DNA of 58,701 nucleotides, the filler included, from Sphacelaria rigidula (Eukaryota): assembly GCA_964200075.2 (NCBI GenBank). It is 7 parts of 7 records of this genome, joined end to end, with 100 filler letters (N's around TTAATTAATTAA, not from the genome) between each part and the next. Parts side by side here need not be neighbours in the genome. Positions count along the whole stretch, not along the records: positions 16,803 to 25,103 come from CAXNAA020011605.1; positions 25,204 to 33,503 come from CAXNAA020011606.1; positions 33,604 to 41,903 come from CAXNAA020011607.1; 4 more parts are not named here. One strand, 5' to 3'. Positions 22,831 to 35,756 of this stretch are shown one piece after another; the stretch's first letter is position 1, and every line of letters starts with the position of its first letter. A program made the translations under genes and the position numbers. The notes beneath the pieces are model-generated. The model did not search any database. It saw only the letters and a program-made list of their open reading frames with translations, and was not told the origin of the DNA.

Positions 22831-24106
22831 CCAAGAGGAGTACCGCCTCGCCGAGGGAGAAACACGATGACTGCCACGTAAAATTGTGAGGGCGGCAGTG
22901 TTAGGCACCATCTGTGATGGCCCATGAGTAATGGATTTGGCTTTTTTTCACGTCAAATACTCAACGTGGGGTGACGGGAATGTTTCAGCTGTTTTTGCTG
23001 GACATTGTGTGTACACATCAAGCTTTCTGCTGACGACTGATGGAAGAGTAAAGTGCACGGCTGAGGATGGGCGCTATATCGCTATGTTTCGGAGAATGAC
23101 GGGGAATAATGGTTTTTTGGAATTGACAGAAATGAGGTTGTTGCTTGAATCCAGTTGGTTGGCTCGTGTCTCGAAATAAGAATCTTGTATGATATGCACA
23201 AGGACCTGCCCGACGGTGCTGCTTGGCTGGTGTAAAGCGAAGTCCTCAACTTTGCGTGTAATGAATTGGACCTGTTCAGACTATTCTTCCTTTGAATGTT
23301 ATCCGCATTAAAGAGCTGACGAGCTGAGTAGCTTTACCTGGAACCCTTCACTTCTCTATGCCTCGTGTTGCCGGGGGTGAGCGTAGTTTCAGGTAAGCTC
23401 GGATATTACTACAAGGTGCTGTCCACAAATGTCAGAACTGAGAGCAATGAATGGGTGTAAAGTCGGAGGGTGTCGAAGGGAGAAATATCGCGCGACTTTC
23501 ACGCCCTGCATGCGTAGTCACTTGGCGACTGTGCCATGATGTTGTTCTGCTGACAGCCGGATGGGAGTGACTTGGCGTTTGAAATTGGCGGGGTGGGTCG
23601 GTGTTCTGTGTTGAAGGCAGAGCAAGTCGATGGGAGGTGATACGTGGGTATTGAAATTGACGGGCTTCACGATCGGGTCTACACCAAGTGCTTTCAAAAC
23701 GAAAAACTGCCGTTTGTCTCGTGCGTAATAGACCCCGAACATCGGATCAGCATATTCTTGCTCTGCGCCGTTTTATGCATACAATGTCTTTGAGTATATG
23801 TAGATGCGTGGCCAGATTCCTCCGGAGCCATTGCCCTCGGAAGCCTCTAGATCGACAAAACAGGAAGGGGGAGGGCGGGGGCTACCTATATCAATGTTTT
23901 TCTCCCGATTACCCGGAGTACGGAGCCCGCAAAATACTGGGCATCCCAGAATAGTACCTGCACTATGAGCAGCATGGATTACTCAGTATCCTAGCGTACC
24001 TGCAATACGGACTCCCTCAAACATTGAGTATCCCGGGTTAACTTCCTAGGATCGTACTATCGGCCGTGTATTGACGTCTTGAAAGTGCTATGACGCTCAC
24101 TTACCC

Positions 24107-24141
24107 TTGTTGTTGTTGTTGTTGTTGTTGTTGCCGCTGTT
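24107..24141 (+). repeat. (TTG)n microsatellite
   Basis: Direct reading. Confidence 0.9.
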
Positions 24142-25038
24142 GTCATTTCTGCCCGATAGTAGCTCGTTGTCTGCTATATGTAGTATTCGATATTTTCGTG
24201 TGTGTTTATGTGTAAATATTCGAAAGTGGGGAATAAGTTTCAATACCGGGATGAGTCTCAATCCCCCAAAATGGTTGACCCAAGACTAGTTGTGCGCAGT
24301 GACTTTTTTGTCGGCCTTGTTCCCCTCGATCGCGTGGAAACTGGTTCATCGCCTTTGACCTATATTACTCTGTAACCTCACAGCGCAGAGCGAGTCACTC
24401 TGCCCTGACTTTGTGGGTGATGAAACGGTAAAGCGACGTGATCGCTTAGCGCTGAGCTTACAGAGTCCGTGAAAGGCACTGAAATACTTTCCACGCGATC
24501 GAGGGGCATTAGGCGAGCAAAAACGTCGTCGGGCATGAACTACTTTTGGGTTTGGGGAAGCACTGTTTTGGGGTTGAGACTCATCTCATCAAAATGGACA
24601 CCCGTTCTACACTTTCGGCTGTTCAAATACTACTACTGGCGTTTCAGGTCGCGATACTGCACGAGAGGGTCTCTAAGCTGTGGCGCTGGCCCGGCGTGCC
24701 GAAATGTATTTATGTCTCATGTTGTCGATCGGCGGCTTACCGCCGAACTCAGCTCAAGGGCCGCCATTTTTTCTCGATACTTTTAACTTGAAGCTGCTGA
24801 TTCAGCGCAGTTGCCGGGCTGACTATGGTCATTGAGGAACAGTTAAATCAACATATGCAGATCAAGTAGCCTCACAGCGAGAGTCTGGCCGTATACGAGC
24901 TTGGCCAGTCAAGAAACTCTCATTCCATCAGCACACGGCCCCGTACATATTTTCGTTTTTTTTTAATCTAGCAGCCGAATACATGCATCAATGAGTTGGT
25001 CTCCAGTTCACAGTGATGTACTTACATCGGGCTGATTC

Positions 25039-25103
25039 AACAGTGTTTTCGTGAGATTGAGAGTAGATGATACGATTGAGAGTAGCTTCGATCATTCGCT
25101 TCA
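25039..25103 (+). mobile_element. Left end of the ~300-bp AACA-ended MITE, cut by the contig end
   Basis: AACAGTGTTTTCGTGAGATTGAGAGTAGATGATACGATTGAGAGTAG...ATCATTCGCT. Confidence 0.8.
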
Positions 25104-25203
25104 NNNNNNNNNNNNNNNNNNNNNNNNNNNNNNNNNNNNNNNNNNNNTTAATTAATTAANNNNNNNNNNNNNNNNNNNNNNNNNNNNNNNNNNNNNNNNN
25201 NNN
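25104..25203. other. Artificial contig linker
   Basis: Same spacer. Confidence 0.98.
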
Positions 25204-26004
25204 CCAGTACCAATGTACCGCGCAGATATCGGAACGGCTTTTAATGTGAAGACAACAACAACAACAACAACAACAGGAGAAGTGCTTGGAACATGAGAGG
25301 GCGAGGGGAGACATCAGAGTGGGGAAAAAACAGTGGAGACCTGACCATCCAAATTGCTCACGGATGATGACAATAATTGAACATTACGGTAAAATAAACA
25401 GAGCTTTGCCCTTTCTTCTCTTTTTTTTCTGCCATTTTCTCTTCTGTTTTTGCTCCTTCCTGTACATTTTTTTGTTCGTATTTGTTTTTGCTGCTCCTGC
25501 TGCTGCTGCTGCACTGCCTGAAATGAAATGCACGCTGCACGCTCACAGTCGCAAACGAAGTTATTTTAGTATTGCGTGGAGCGTGGTCCATGGCAACGCG
25601 GTGTTTGTGCGGACGCAGTTCGAGACAAGAAACGGTGACGACAAGAAAATTAAAAAAAATGCAGGAATGAGAGGCGAGGAGGTTTCGAGAGACTGTGGAA
25701 AGGGGGAAGGGAGGGGCAGAGGGGGATCCAAAGCGATGAGCTAACCTGACCGACCCCCGTTCTTCCTCCGTCATACTCCAACATTCCCCCCTCCTCCCGA
25801 CGAGTCTGTAGTCTCAAGGGATTAATCATGCCTGATATTTCGGTATCGCGGAGTGATAAGACCGTGATCAGCAATCATCCCGCATCGTGGCGACTCTCCT
25901 CAAAGTTTCTTTGCTGCTGATTGCGTCCTCAAGTTTCCAACTACGGTACTCGAATACTCCCCAGAGTTGGAAAAGAAACAAAAAAAAACGCTTCTTCCGA
26001 CCTA

Positions 26005-26431
26005 AACACGGGATGTTACAAATCGGGGATGGATTTTTACTGAGGATGAACCTCGGGAAAATTCACACGCATCGAAATATTTTCGGAGAAGAAATACAAC
26101 AAAATGTACTCTCCGACCGTGATGTGCGGCCTCGTTCATCCCTAAAAAAAAAGACAGAAACACTCGCATTTAGAAACATCCCATGTTTTCAGTGGATTGA
26201 GATAAATAAAAACAGTTTTCGTGCCGGAATGACTGGAGAGCGACATTGTCCGGTATAAAAAACCCGGATTTTACCAGCTTCACATGGACTTTTTCCAAGG
26301 ATGAGTGAGACCACACATCACGGGCGGTAGGCGCATTTGTATTTCTTTTTCGGAAATATTTCGATGCGTATGAAGCTTCTCAAGGTTCACCCTCGAAGAA
26401 AAAACATTCCCAATTAGTAAAATCCCGTGTT
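26005..26431. mobile_element. Foldback MITE with ~145-bp TIRs, AACA...TGTT ends and perfect 4-bp TSD CCTA
   Basis: AACACGGGATGTTACAAATCGGGG at the left versus AACACGGGATTTTACTAATTGGGA as the reverse complement of the right end. CCTA at 26001-04 and 26432-35. Confidence 0.85.
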
Positions 26432-27428
26432 CCTAACCGGTTTCAGTTGTACCCTTTTGCTTGAGACCACCGGTGCGCGGCCGGGTCGACGTCCACAACG
26501 CCATAGAGGAGCACGTGTGGCATGCTTTTGGGTGCGCTTGTCATCACGTAGGGTGTTATGAAACAAGAGAAGATGGTGATGTGCGTTCAGCGGTCGGCTG
26601 TGTTCAGCTTGCTCAAAGGCTGCACAATCAAATATGAAAATAATGGGCGGCAGGAGGGGCGAGAGCGGGAAGAGGGACGGGCGGGGGGTGGGCCGTCTCG
26701 AACGTGCACTACTATGACGTCTTCACCAATCCCGTTCCTCACGAGAGACTATGATTCCACTACCCTCGTACCCACCTTTATACGTATATTTGACACACCT
26801 TATACTGAATGAGGAGAGAGAGAGGGGGGGGGGGGCGGGGGGAGGGGGGAGGGGCATCAAAATGTGGTCAAATTCAAACGCATACGGGGTATCATTGCGG
26901 TAGGTATGCTCAAGTCTCGCACAGTCTCCGATTCCTCCTGGGTGAACCAACAACTAAAAAACCTGAAAGAATGAACTAATAAAAAATAGGAGAAGGGGTG
27001 GGAGGGCTCTGCTGTGCCTACAAGTCAGTTGACATGATGGAACCAACAACTGCCACCGTCAATGCCAATGTAAGATGTGCCAAGTCGTTTATGATTACAC
27101 CCCGCGAGTACTAGCCCACCACTGTGCAAATTAACGACCCCAGAGTCTTAAATTATTTTCGCAACGCCTTACCACCAGAGTGCGCACACAAGAACAAAAG
27201 GGGGGGGAGGGTGAGGGCGGCATGACTATAATTGCCGAAGAAATTACGACACACATGTAGACAATAAAAAAATTGAGAACGTGTGAACCGGAAAATAAGA
27301 AAGAAAAGAAAAAGCATAACAACAACAACAACAACAAAGCACCAAGCGTATCTTACATACGATACACACATACTGCCGTAATTACCGCTTTGCCTACACG
27401 CTAAGTAACTAGCTCTCGATATACATAC

Positions 27429-27539
27429 CTCTTCTTGACAGTCTGCACCTTGTACCGCCCCCGCCGCGTAGCACACCTCCGCGGCTTCCCTCGCCACGGC
27501 TAATAGCTCCGACTCATCCACCAACTCCAACTTGTACGC
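27429..27539 (-). CDS. Putative exon of an unidentified (probably pseudo)gene: AYKLELVDESELLAVAREAAEVCYAAGAVQGADCQEE
   Basis: Long pyrimidine tract plus GCAG acceptor, GTATGT donor, 111 bp, open only in phase 0. Confidence 0.55.
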
Positions 27540-28699
27540 CTGCGAATCGTGGAGGGGGGGGAGCGGAAACAAGAAAAAAAAAGGTCCTATTTCGATCCCA
27601 TGGAGAGCCCCTTGGAATTGTGGTCTAACACAATACTGCACTGCACGACTTATAATTGACTTGATCAATGAATCAACTGGTTGTCGCACATCAACACCAT
27701 TTGATCCCCCGAGGGGTGTGTTTAGCTGTAGTCACAAAATAGACGTACGTACCTTAGATCCTTAGGTAAACAAAACGGAAAGACTCGTCAACGGAAACTC
27801 GAGAAACGGAGAATAAAACGAACGGGGTTAATTGGATAAAAACAAGAGACAAACAAGATATATGTGAAGAACAAGAAAGGGAGAGGAGGGGAGAGGGGGG
27901 AGGGAAGGGGGGTTCTACTTATGATCTTGCATGCCGTAGTCTTCAAGCCATTAGTCTCGCATTCCTAAAAAGCCAGCACGGAGCACGGCGGGTTTCCGCC
28001 GAACCAGGCTCGCAATCAATCACCAGGCGCGAAGCGCTGTAATGTGTGCCCGGCGAGTCGTATGAATGGTGAGCTGCATCCTGCTATGATTGTTCGCCCC
28101 AAAGCGTACGAAGTATCTTGCATATGGATGACAGCCCCGCGTGAGTTGCTTCATTTTCTGGCATCGCCCATTCCAGAGACAGCCACGGGTTACACAGTGC
28201 CACATCGGTGTCTCACCATTCACACATTACGTAGAACGATCATCCCCTTTGTGCAAAGTTGGGGCTCTCCGCCCCCCACAATATGATCTAACTCGACCAC
28301 CATCATCGTCATCGGAAAAAAAAACAAAATCAAGCGAAAACAAAGTCGGTAACCTGGTTGCCTATCTTCCACAGTGAGTGGCATGTTTTACATCGTTGCC
28401 AACCGATGCCAACCCTCAGAAGGAAAAATGGGGAGAGGGGGGGAACACTTGTCACGTTTCCCCGCTCATGAGTCCGAGTTATGTAAGACCATAGACCTCT
28501 CATGGGTCTTATTAAATCCGACGGGTATGGAGGGGGACAATTTTCACGTTTCCCCGCTCATGCGTCTTACTAAATCCTTTTTGGGGCTTCAGAAAACAAA
28601 AAACGGGCTTTGGGGGGTGACGTCTAAGGAGAAAGGCTTAGTTCCGGCTCGATAGTTGTCGTTTACCTTCGACGAGTTGCTCGTTTTGTTCGACATTCA

Positions 28700-31600
28700 C
28701 CGTTTCGTTTCGTTTCGTTTCGTTTCGTTTCGTTTCTTTTCGTCTCGACGTATGTTGTCGTTCCGGTTCGGGCTATATCTCGGTTCGGTCCATCGTTTGG
28801 ATCGGTGCAACGCACGCTATTGTTCCGGTTCGATCCATATTTCGTTTCGGTGCAATGAATGCCATTTACACTGTTCGGTTCATGTTTCGATTCGGTGCGA
28901 TGTATACTGCCGTTACAGTTCAATCTATATTTCGGTTCGGTGTAATGTACGCCTTTGTTCCGGTTCGGTCTACAGTTTGATCCGCTGCAATGTATGCCGT
29001 TTGTTGTTCCGGTTCGATCTACGTTTCGATTCGGTGCAATTTATGCCGTTGTTCCGGTTTCATACATGTTCCATTTCGATGCAATGTAGGCCTTTGATCC
29101 GGTTCCATCTATGCTCAGCGTATCGGTGCAACGCATGCTGTTGTTCCGGCTTGCTCCATGTTTTCGGTTCAGTACAACATATGCCGTTGTTCTCGTTCGG
29201 TCTATCTTTCGCTTCGGTGCAATGTATGCTATTGTTCTGGTAAGATGCATGTTTCGTTTCGGTACAATGCACGGCATTGTTCCCGTTCGGTCTGTCTTGT
29301 GGATCGAAAGACGCATGCTGTTTTTCCCGGTCGGTCTGTGCTTTGATTCGGTGCGATATATGCCGTTGTTCCGCCTCGGTCAATCTTGCTTCTCCGTGCA
29401 ACGGATGCTGTTCTCTCCGGTTGGTCTATGTTTCGTTTCGATGCAACGTATGCCGTTGTTCCGGTTCGGTCTATGTTTCGGTTTGGTGCAGTATATGCTA
29501 TTGTTCCAGTTCGGTTGACGCTTCGTTTCGGTACAACAGGTGCTGTTGTTCTGATTCGATGTATGTTTCGTTTCGCTCAAATAAATGCATTTGGTCCGGC
29601 TTGGCCCACGTTTCGGTGCAACGTATACCGTTGTTTCGGTTCGGTATATGCTTTGGTTCGGTGCAGTGAATTCTGTTGTTCTCGTTCGGTTCGTCTCTAG
29701 TTTCGGTGCAACGTATGCCGTTGTTCTACTTCGATGTATGTTTCGTTTCGGTGCAATTTATCCCATACTTCCAACTCGGTCTATCTTTCGGTACGGTGCA
29801 GCGCATGCTGTTGTTCCGGTTCGGTCAATCCCTTTTATTTTGTCCCCGATATGTCCATGTTTCGTGTCGATGCATCGTATGCCGTTGTTCCCGATTGGTC
29901 TTTGTTCCGATTCGGTGCAACGTATGCCTCTGCGGTTCGTTCCATCTTTAGGTTCGGCATATGTTTTCGTTTCAGTGCAACGTATGCTGTCGTTCCGATT
30001 CGGTGTATATTTCGGTTCGGTGCAATGTATACCGTTGTTCCCGTTTGATTTATGTTCCGTCTCGCTACAATGAATGCTGTTGTTCACGTCCGGTCTATCT
30101 GTCGCTTCGGTGCAATGTATGCCGTCGTTTCGGTTGGGTCTATATTTCGACTCGGGGCAATGAATGCCGTCGGTCCATTTCGGTGTATCTTTCGTTTCGG
30201 TGCAATCGATGCAGCTTTTCCGGTTCGAGCTGTCTTTCGTTTCGGTGCAATGAATCGCGATGTTTTGCTTCGATGTATGTTCCGTTTCGTTTCGTCGCAA
30301 TGAATGATATTGTTCCGATTCGGTGCATGTGTCGCTTCCGTGCAACATCTACCGTTGCGGTTCGGTACATGGTTCGTTTCGGTGCAAAGTATGCTGTTGT
30401 TCCCGCTCGGTGTATGTTCCGATTCGGTGTAATGTATACCGTTGTTCCCGTTCGACTTATGTTCCGTGTCGCTATATGAATGCTGTTGTGCCCGATCTGT
30501 CTATCCTCCGGTTCGGTAGAACTCATGCTGCCGTTTCTGTTCGGTCCATGGGTCGATTCAGCGCAATAAGTGCAGTTGTCCCGATTCGGTGTATCTTTCC
30601 ATTCGGCGCAATGGATGCCGTCGGTCCACTCAGGTGTATCTTTCGTTTCGGTGCAATGAATCGTGATGTTTTGGTTCGATGTATGTTCCGTTTCGTTTCG
30701 TCGCAATGAGTGCTGTTGTTCCCGCTCGGTGTATGTTCCGATTCGGTGTAATGTATACCGTTGTTCCCGTTCGACTTATGTTCCGTTTCGCTACATGAAT
30801 GCTGCTGTACCCGATCGGTCTACCCTCCGGTTCGGTAGAACTCATGCTGCCGTTTCTGTTCGGTCCATCTGTCGATTCAGCGCAATAAGTGCAGTTGTCC
30901 CGATTCGGTGTATCTTTCCATTCGGCGCAATCATCGGTCCACTCCGGTGTATGTTCCGTTTCGGTGCAATGAATCATAATGTTGTAGTTCGATGTATGTT
31001 CCGCTTCGATGTATGTTCCGTTTCGTCGCAATGAGTGCCGTTGTTCCGATTCGGTCCACGTGTCGTTTCGGTGCAACATCTACCGTTGCGGTTCGGTACA
31101 TGGTTCGTTTCGGTGCAAAGTATGCTGCTGTTCCCCTGCTCGGTGTATGTTCCGATTCGGTGTAATGCATACCGTTGATCCATTCGACTTATGTTCCGTG
31201 TCGCTACATGAATGCTGTTGTACCTGATCGGTCTATCCTCCGGTTCGGTAGAACTCATGCTGCCGTTTCTGTTCGGTCTATGTGTCTACTCAGCGCAATG
31301 AGTGCAGTTGTTCCGATTCGGTGTATCTTTCCATTCGGCGCAATGGATGCCATCGGTCCACTCCGGTATGTGTTTCGTCTCGGTGCAATGAATCATGATG
31401 TTTTGATTCGATGTATGTTCCGTTTCGACTTATGTTCCGTTTCGTCGGAATGATTGCCGTTGTTCCGATTCGGTCCATGTGTCGTTTCGGCGCAACACCT
31501 ACCGTTGCGGTCCGGTCCATGGTTCGTTTCGGTGCAGAGTATGCTGTTGTTCCCGCTCGGTGTATGTTCCGATTCGGTGTAATGCATACCGTTGTTCCCG

Positions 31601-33440
31601 TTCGATTTATGTTCCATTTCGCTACATGAATGCTGCTGTACCCGATCAGCCTTCGGTTCGGTGAAACTTCCACTGTCGTTTCGGTTCGGTCTTTATGTGT
31701 CGATTCAGCGCAATGAGTGCAGTTTTTCCGATTCGGTGAATTTTCCGTTTCGGCGCAATGGATGCTATCGGTCCATTTCGGTGTATGCTTCGTTTCAGTG
31801 CAATGAATCCTGATGTTTTGGTTCAATTTATGTTCCGTCTTGATGAATGTTCCGTTTCGTCGCAATGAGTGCTGTTGTTCCGATTTGGTCCATGTGTCGT
31901 CCCGGTGCAACATCTACCCTTGCGGTTCGGTACATGGTTCGTTTCAGCGCAAAGCATGCTGTTGTTCTCGTTCGGTGTATGTTCCGGTTCGGTGTAGTGC
32001 ATCCCGTTGTTCCTGTTCGATTTATGTTCCGTTTCGCTACAGGAATGCTGCTGTTCCCGTTCGGTCTATTCTCCGGTTCGGTGAAACTTTGACTGTCGTT
32101 TCGGTTCGGTCTATATGTTGAATCGGCGCAATGGATGCTGTTGTTCCCCTTTGGTGTATCTTTCCATTCGGTGCACCGTATGCTATTGTTCCGGTTCGGC
32201 CTATTTTCATTTCGGTGCAGTAAATTATGTTGTTTTGGTTCCACGAATGTTCCATTTCGTTGCAATGAGTGCTGGTGTTTCGGTTCGGCTCATGTGTCGT
32301 TTCGGTGCAACGAATCATGTCGTTTTGGTTTGATGTACTGTATTGTGCTCCGTTTCGATTAATGTTTCGTTCCGTTGCAATGAGTGCTGTTGTTCTTGTT
32401 CGTTGTATGTTTCGCTTCGGTGCAACGTATGCCGTTGCTCTTGTTCGTTGTATGTTTCGCTTCGGCCCAACGCTACCGTTGCGGTTCGGTCTATGTTTCA
32501 ATGTGCTTCGGTTCAAAGCATACTGTTGTTTCCATTCGGTCTATGTTCCGATTCGGTGCCAATGATATTGTTCCGCTTCAGTCTATCTTTCGTTTCGATG
32601 CAACGAATTATAGCGTTTCGGTTTGATGTATTGTGTGTTCCGTTTCGATTTATGTTTCGTTTCGTTGCAATGGGTGCCGTTGTTTTTGTTCGATCCATAT
32701 TTCGCTTCCGTGCGACGTGTGCCGTTGTTCTTGTCCGTTGTATGTTTCGTTTCGGTCTAACGCTACCGTTGCGGTTCGGTCTATGTTCCGATTCTGTCTC
32801 GATTTGGTGCAATGTATGCGGTTGCTTTGGTTCGGTCTATCTTCGTTTCGATGCGATGAACTCTTCGTTGTTCCCGATCGGTCAATGTGTCGGTTCGGTG
32901 ACATTCCGGTTCGGTCTATGTTTCGATTTGGCGCAACGTATGCCATTGCGGTTTGACCTACGTTTCAGTTCGGTGCAATGTATGCTGTTGTTTCCATTCG
33001 GCCTATGTTTCGGTTCGGTGCAATGTATGCTGTTGTTACTGCTCGGCTTATGCTTCATTTCGGTGCAATGTATATCGTTTGTTCGGTTCGGTCTAACTTT
33101 CGTTTCGGTGTAATGTATGTTATTGTTTCCGTTCGGTCCATATTTCGTTTCGGTTCAATGAATGCGATCGTTTCGTTTCGGGCTATGTTTCGGTTCGATG
33201 ATGAGTATGCCGTTATTCCGGTTCGGTCTATATGTCGGTACGGTGAAACGAGTGTCAATATTAACTTTTGATTTATGTTCTGTTTCGCCGCAATGAATGC
33301 TGTTGTTCCGGTTCGGGTCATGTTTGGTTTCGGTGCAATGAAGGCTGATGTTCAGTTTCTATCCATCCTTTGATTCGGTGAAACGTATGCTGCTGTTCCC
33401 GCTCGATGCATGTTCCGTTCCACTGCAATGAATATCTTTC
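28700..33440 (+). repeat. ~4.7-kb satellite of 45-bp monomers (GTTGTTCCGGTTCGGTCTATGTTTCGTTTCGGTGCAATGTATGCT) with higher-order repeats
   Basis: The TGCA anchor recurs every 45 bp (e.g. 29397, 29442, 29487). About 100 monomers. Begins with (GTTTC)n. Confidence 0.95.
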
Positions 33441-33503
33441 TTTCACGGTTAGGACAAATCAAGATTTATACGAGTCGACTCGCCATGACGCGCAAGCAGT
33501 CAT

Positions 33504-33603
33504 NNNNNNNNNNNNNNNNNNNNNNNNNNNNNNNNNNNNNNNNNNNNTTAATTAATTAANNNNNNNNNNNNNNNNNNNNNNNNNNNNNNNNNNNNNNNNN
33601 NNN
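33504..33603. other. Artificial contig linker
   Basis: Same spacer. Confidence 0.98.
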
Positions 33604-35160
33604 GTTGGACAGTACTGTTCCGATCTGGTTACGCTTGGTGGTAACCTTGATGGAAGAACGCCACTGCCCCGAACGGGCACAAAATCCGCAAACATTACTT
33701 TTCCGCAACTCCTCGCGCTGGAGCATGTGGCCGCCGACATGGTGGCGCATTTTTGCCCTCGTCACCTCGACCGCACAGATTGCGCACGCAAGGTATTCGT
33801 TTACGCCCCCCCCCACTGCACAAAATGCCCAGTCGTCCAACGGACGGGAGTGCGTGAAATCGTCGTGAATTGGCAGTGGGTTGAGGTCGCCAACCTGGTA
33901 TCGCCGCCGCGTTGGGAGGACACCCCAGCTGTACAATCCATCAACCGCGCAAACAAGAGCCTCCGTCAGCCCCGCGAGCTCATCGTGTGTGAAAAGGAAC
34001 ATCTTAAAATCATCGCTCATGGGGGGATCGAGGGGTATCGCAAGGTTTCGAGAAACGGGACGGGGGATGTTCAGCGCATAACCCGAACACGGAAAGCGCT
34101 CCACTGGCAACCCCAAGGTCGTGCGCTGTGCAGGAGAAGATGGCGGGTCAACTCTCTCCAAGATGACATCATTATCTCCGCCACCACGACAACTTCTGGT
34201 CTCAGTATCGCTGCCCACCACCACCTCGACATCACCGGCCTCTGCGTCTCTCCTGTCATCTCTTGCGGGGTCCAATGTTGCTCTTGCCGACTCCGTCTGA
34301 GGCCCGCTAGATTCAGCTGGGGTCTTCGAAAAAATGTTCAACGTACTCTCCTCTTCACCGCCATTTGCGCCCTGACCATATGACACAGCGTCAAAAAGCG
34401 GTGATTACTTCGTTCAACGTTTTAGCAATCCTTGTTAACGCGATCAGGTGCTCAGCGAGATTCCTAGTGACCGTAACACACTAAAACGCCGTAATGACAA
34501 AGGGGACGATATCTTGTCGCGTGCTTTTCCGTTCAAACACTAGAGGTTTCGAGACCACCACACGCACGCATTAACGGGAAGCTTACTTTTGCTTCTCCGA
34601 GTCTTTGTGTCTTTTAACGAAGGATTCAGTCAGTCGTTTCACATCTTTGCCAAAGACATGATCGCACGAGAAAACCCACTCGCCGGCAGCGTTCTTCGTT
34701 GCTAAAGTAGCGATCACAAGCTCGGCTTCCTGAGGCTCTGTCGCGTTCCTGCCGCACAAGTTTGAAACAAAACGCAAGTCACACCGTTCCAAGAGATAAA
34801 ATCACAAGTTCAGATAAAGGTGCAAATGCATACCTTGGGGATAAGGTTCATCAGCGTACTTTTCCCTGCGCCGCCCAACCTCGACGGTATGAACAGTTGG
34901 CTATTTCATGGAGCAAGTGGAGGAGCCATATCGTGTGGAATTCAGACCTGGACAAACAGAACGTACTTGTGCCTAGCAGATGCCTCGTGCTGCTTGAGCT
35001 GAGCCTCTCCCATTCCCCTCCCCGTAGTGTCGAGAGGCTGCTTGCAAACCTTGCACTCCATCCTCCCCGATTCTGCCTCCCGCAGAAGCCTCGCGATGAG
35101 CGCTGCAACCGTCTCCTTTACAGCAGATCTTGTCTGTTTGCTGGTGATAGCGCTGGTCGA
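33604..35160 (-). pseudogene. Intron-containing multi-zinc-finger gene, probably transposon-associated, truncated by the contig end
   Basis: MECKVCKQP...LKQHEASARHK (34966-35061, U1/matrin-like C2H2, followed by a GTACGT donor). WVFSCDH...KRHKDSEK followed by a GTAAGC donor (~34586). Long exon 34371-33604 with CAICAVEVTRAKMRHHVGGHML and CGFCARSG. Confidence 0.55.
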
Positions 35161-35756
35161 GTTGAAAAACCCAGGGAATGATGGTGAGGGAGGCTAATCA
35201 GTTTCCGCCTTCACATTTTCTGCGTGTTAACGGCACGTCTACTGAGCGACCTTTGATTTGCTGCTGCGCCAGCACCACAAGAATTTCGTTTCAGGAATGA
35301 CGATCAATGCCGGTGCATTACCCGATCTAAACGAATTGAGAACTTAGATTGCAATTAAGGTAGGCTATAATACACCGTGCGTAAGGTATGACTCGTCACG
35401 ATATGGTTTGACAAATACGCCGAGTCTCAGAGACAACCGACCTCCTGCAAAGGTAGAAATTGTACTGAGGTATATATTGCCGCAAACGGGTACTGGCAAT
35501 TTGGCGTGGCCGGAAATGGCTCCGCGGCAGGGTGTTTGGTGATACCTCAAACAACAAGAACCCACAAACAACAACTACTGCGCCTGGCATACGTTGATGT
35601 CACATTGCCGTTTCGTATCACCGCATTCCGTGTACTCCAATGTTTATGCGGCGTTGGTTGCGCATGTACCCATATTGTCCTGCTCTGGTGTACCATCAGT
35701 ACATGTTCCGTTCAGTGCTTGCTGTTCTGCTGCTAACGACACCCAAATAAACTCAC

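Larger units (their letters stand above)
25747..28290 (-). pseudogene. Putative multi-exon pseudogene, product unknown
   Basis: Exon-like blocks with splice signals at ~28024-28287 (in-frame stops), 27429-27539, 26886-26962 (FSCWFTQEESETVRDLSIPTAMIP, 1-bp frameshift in a T-run), ~26455-26619 (one stop) and ~25747-25960 (stops). Confidence 0.35.

Noticed and set aside
28656..33321. Many long ORFs with 15-aa repeats (e.g. HCTETKHRPNRNNGI) suggesting a repeat protein
   Set aside because: A by-product of a 45-bp unit. ORFs occur on both strands in several frames with frequent frame-breaking indels.
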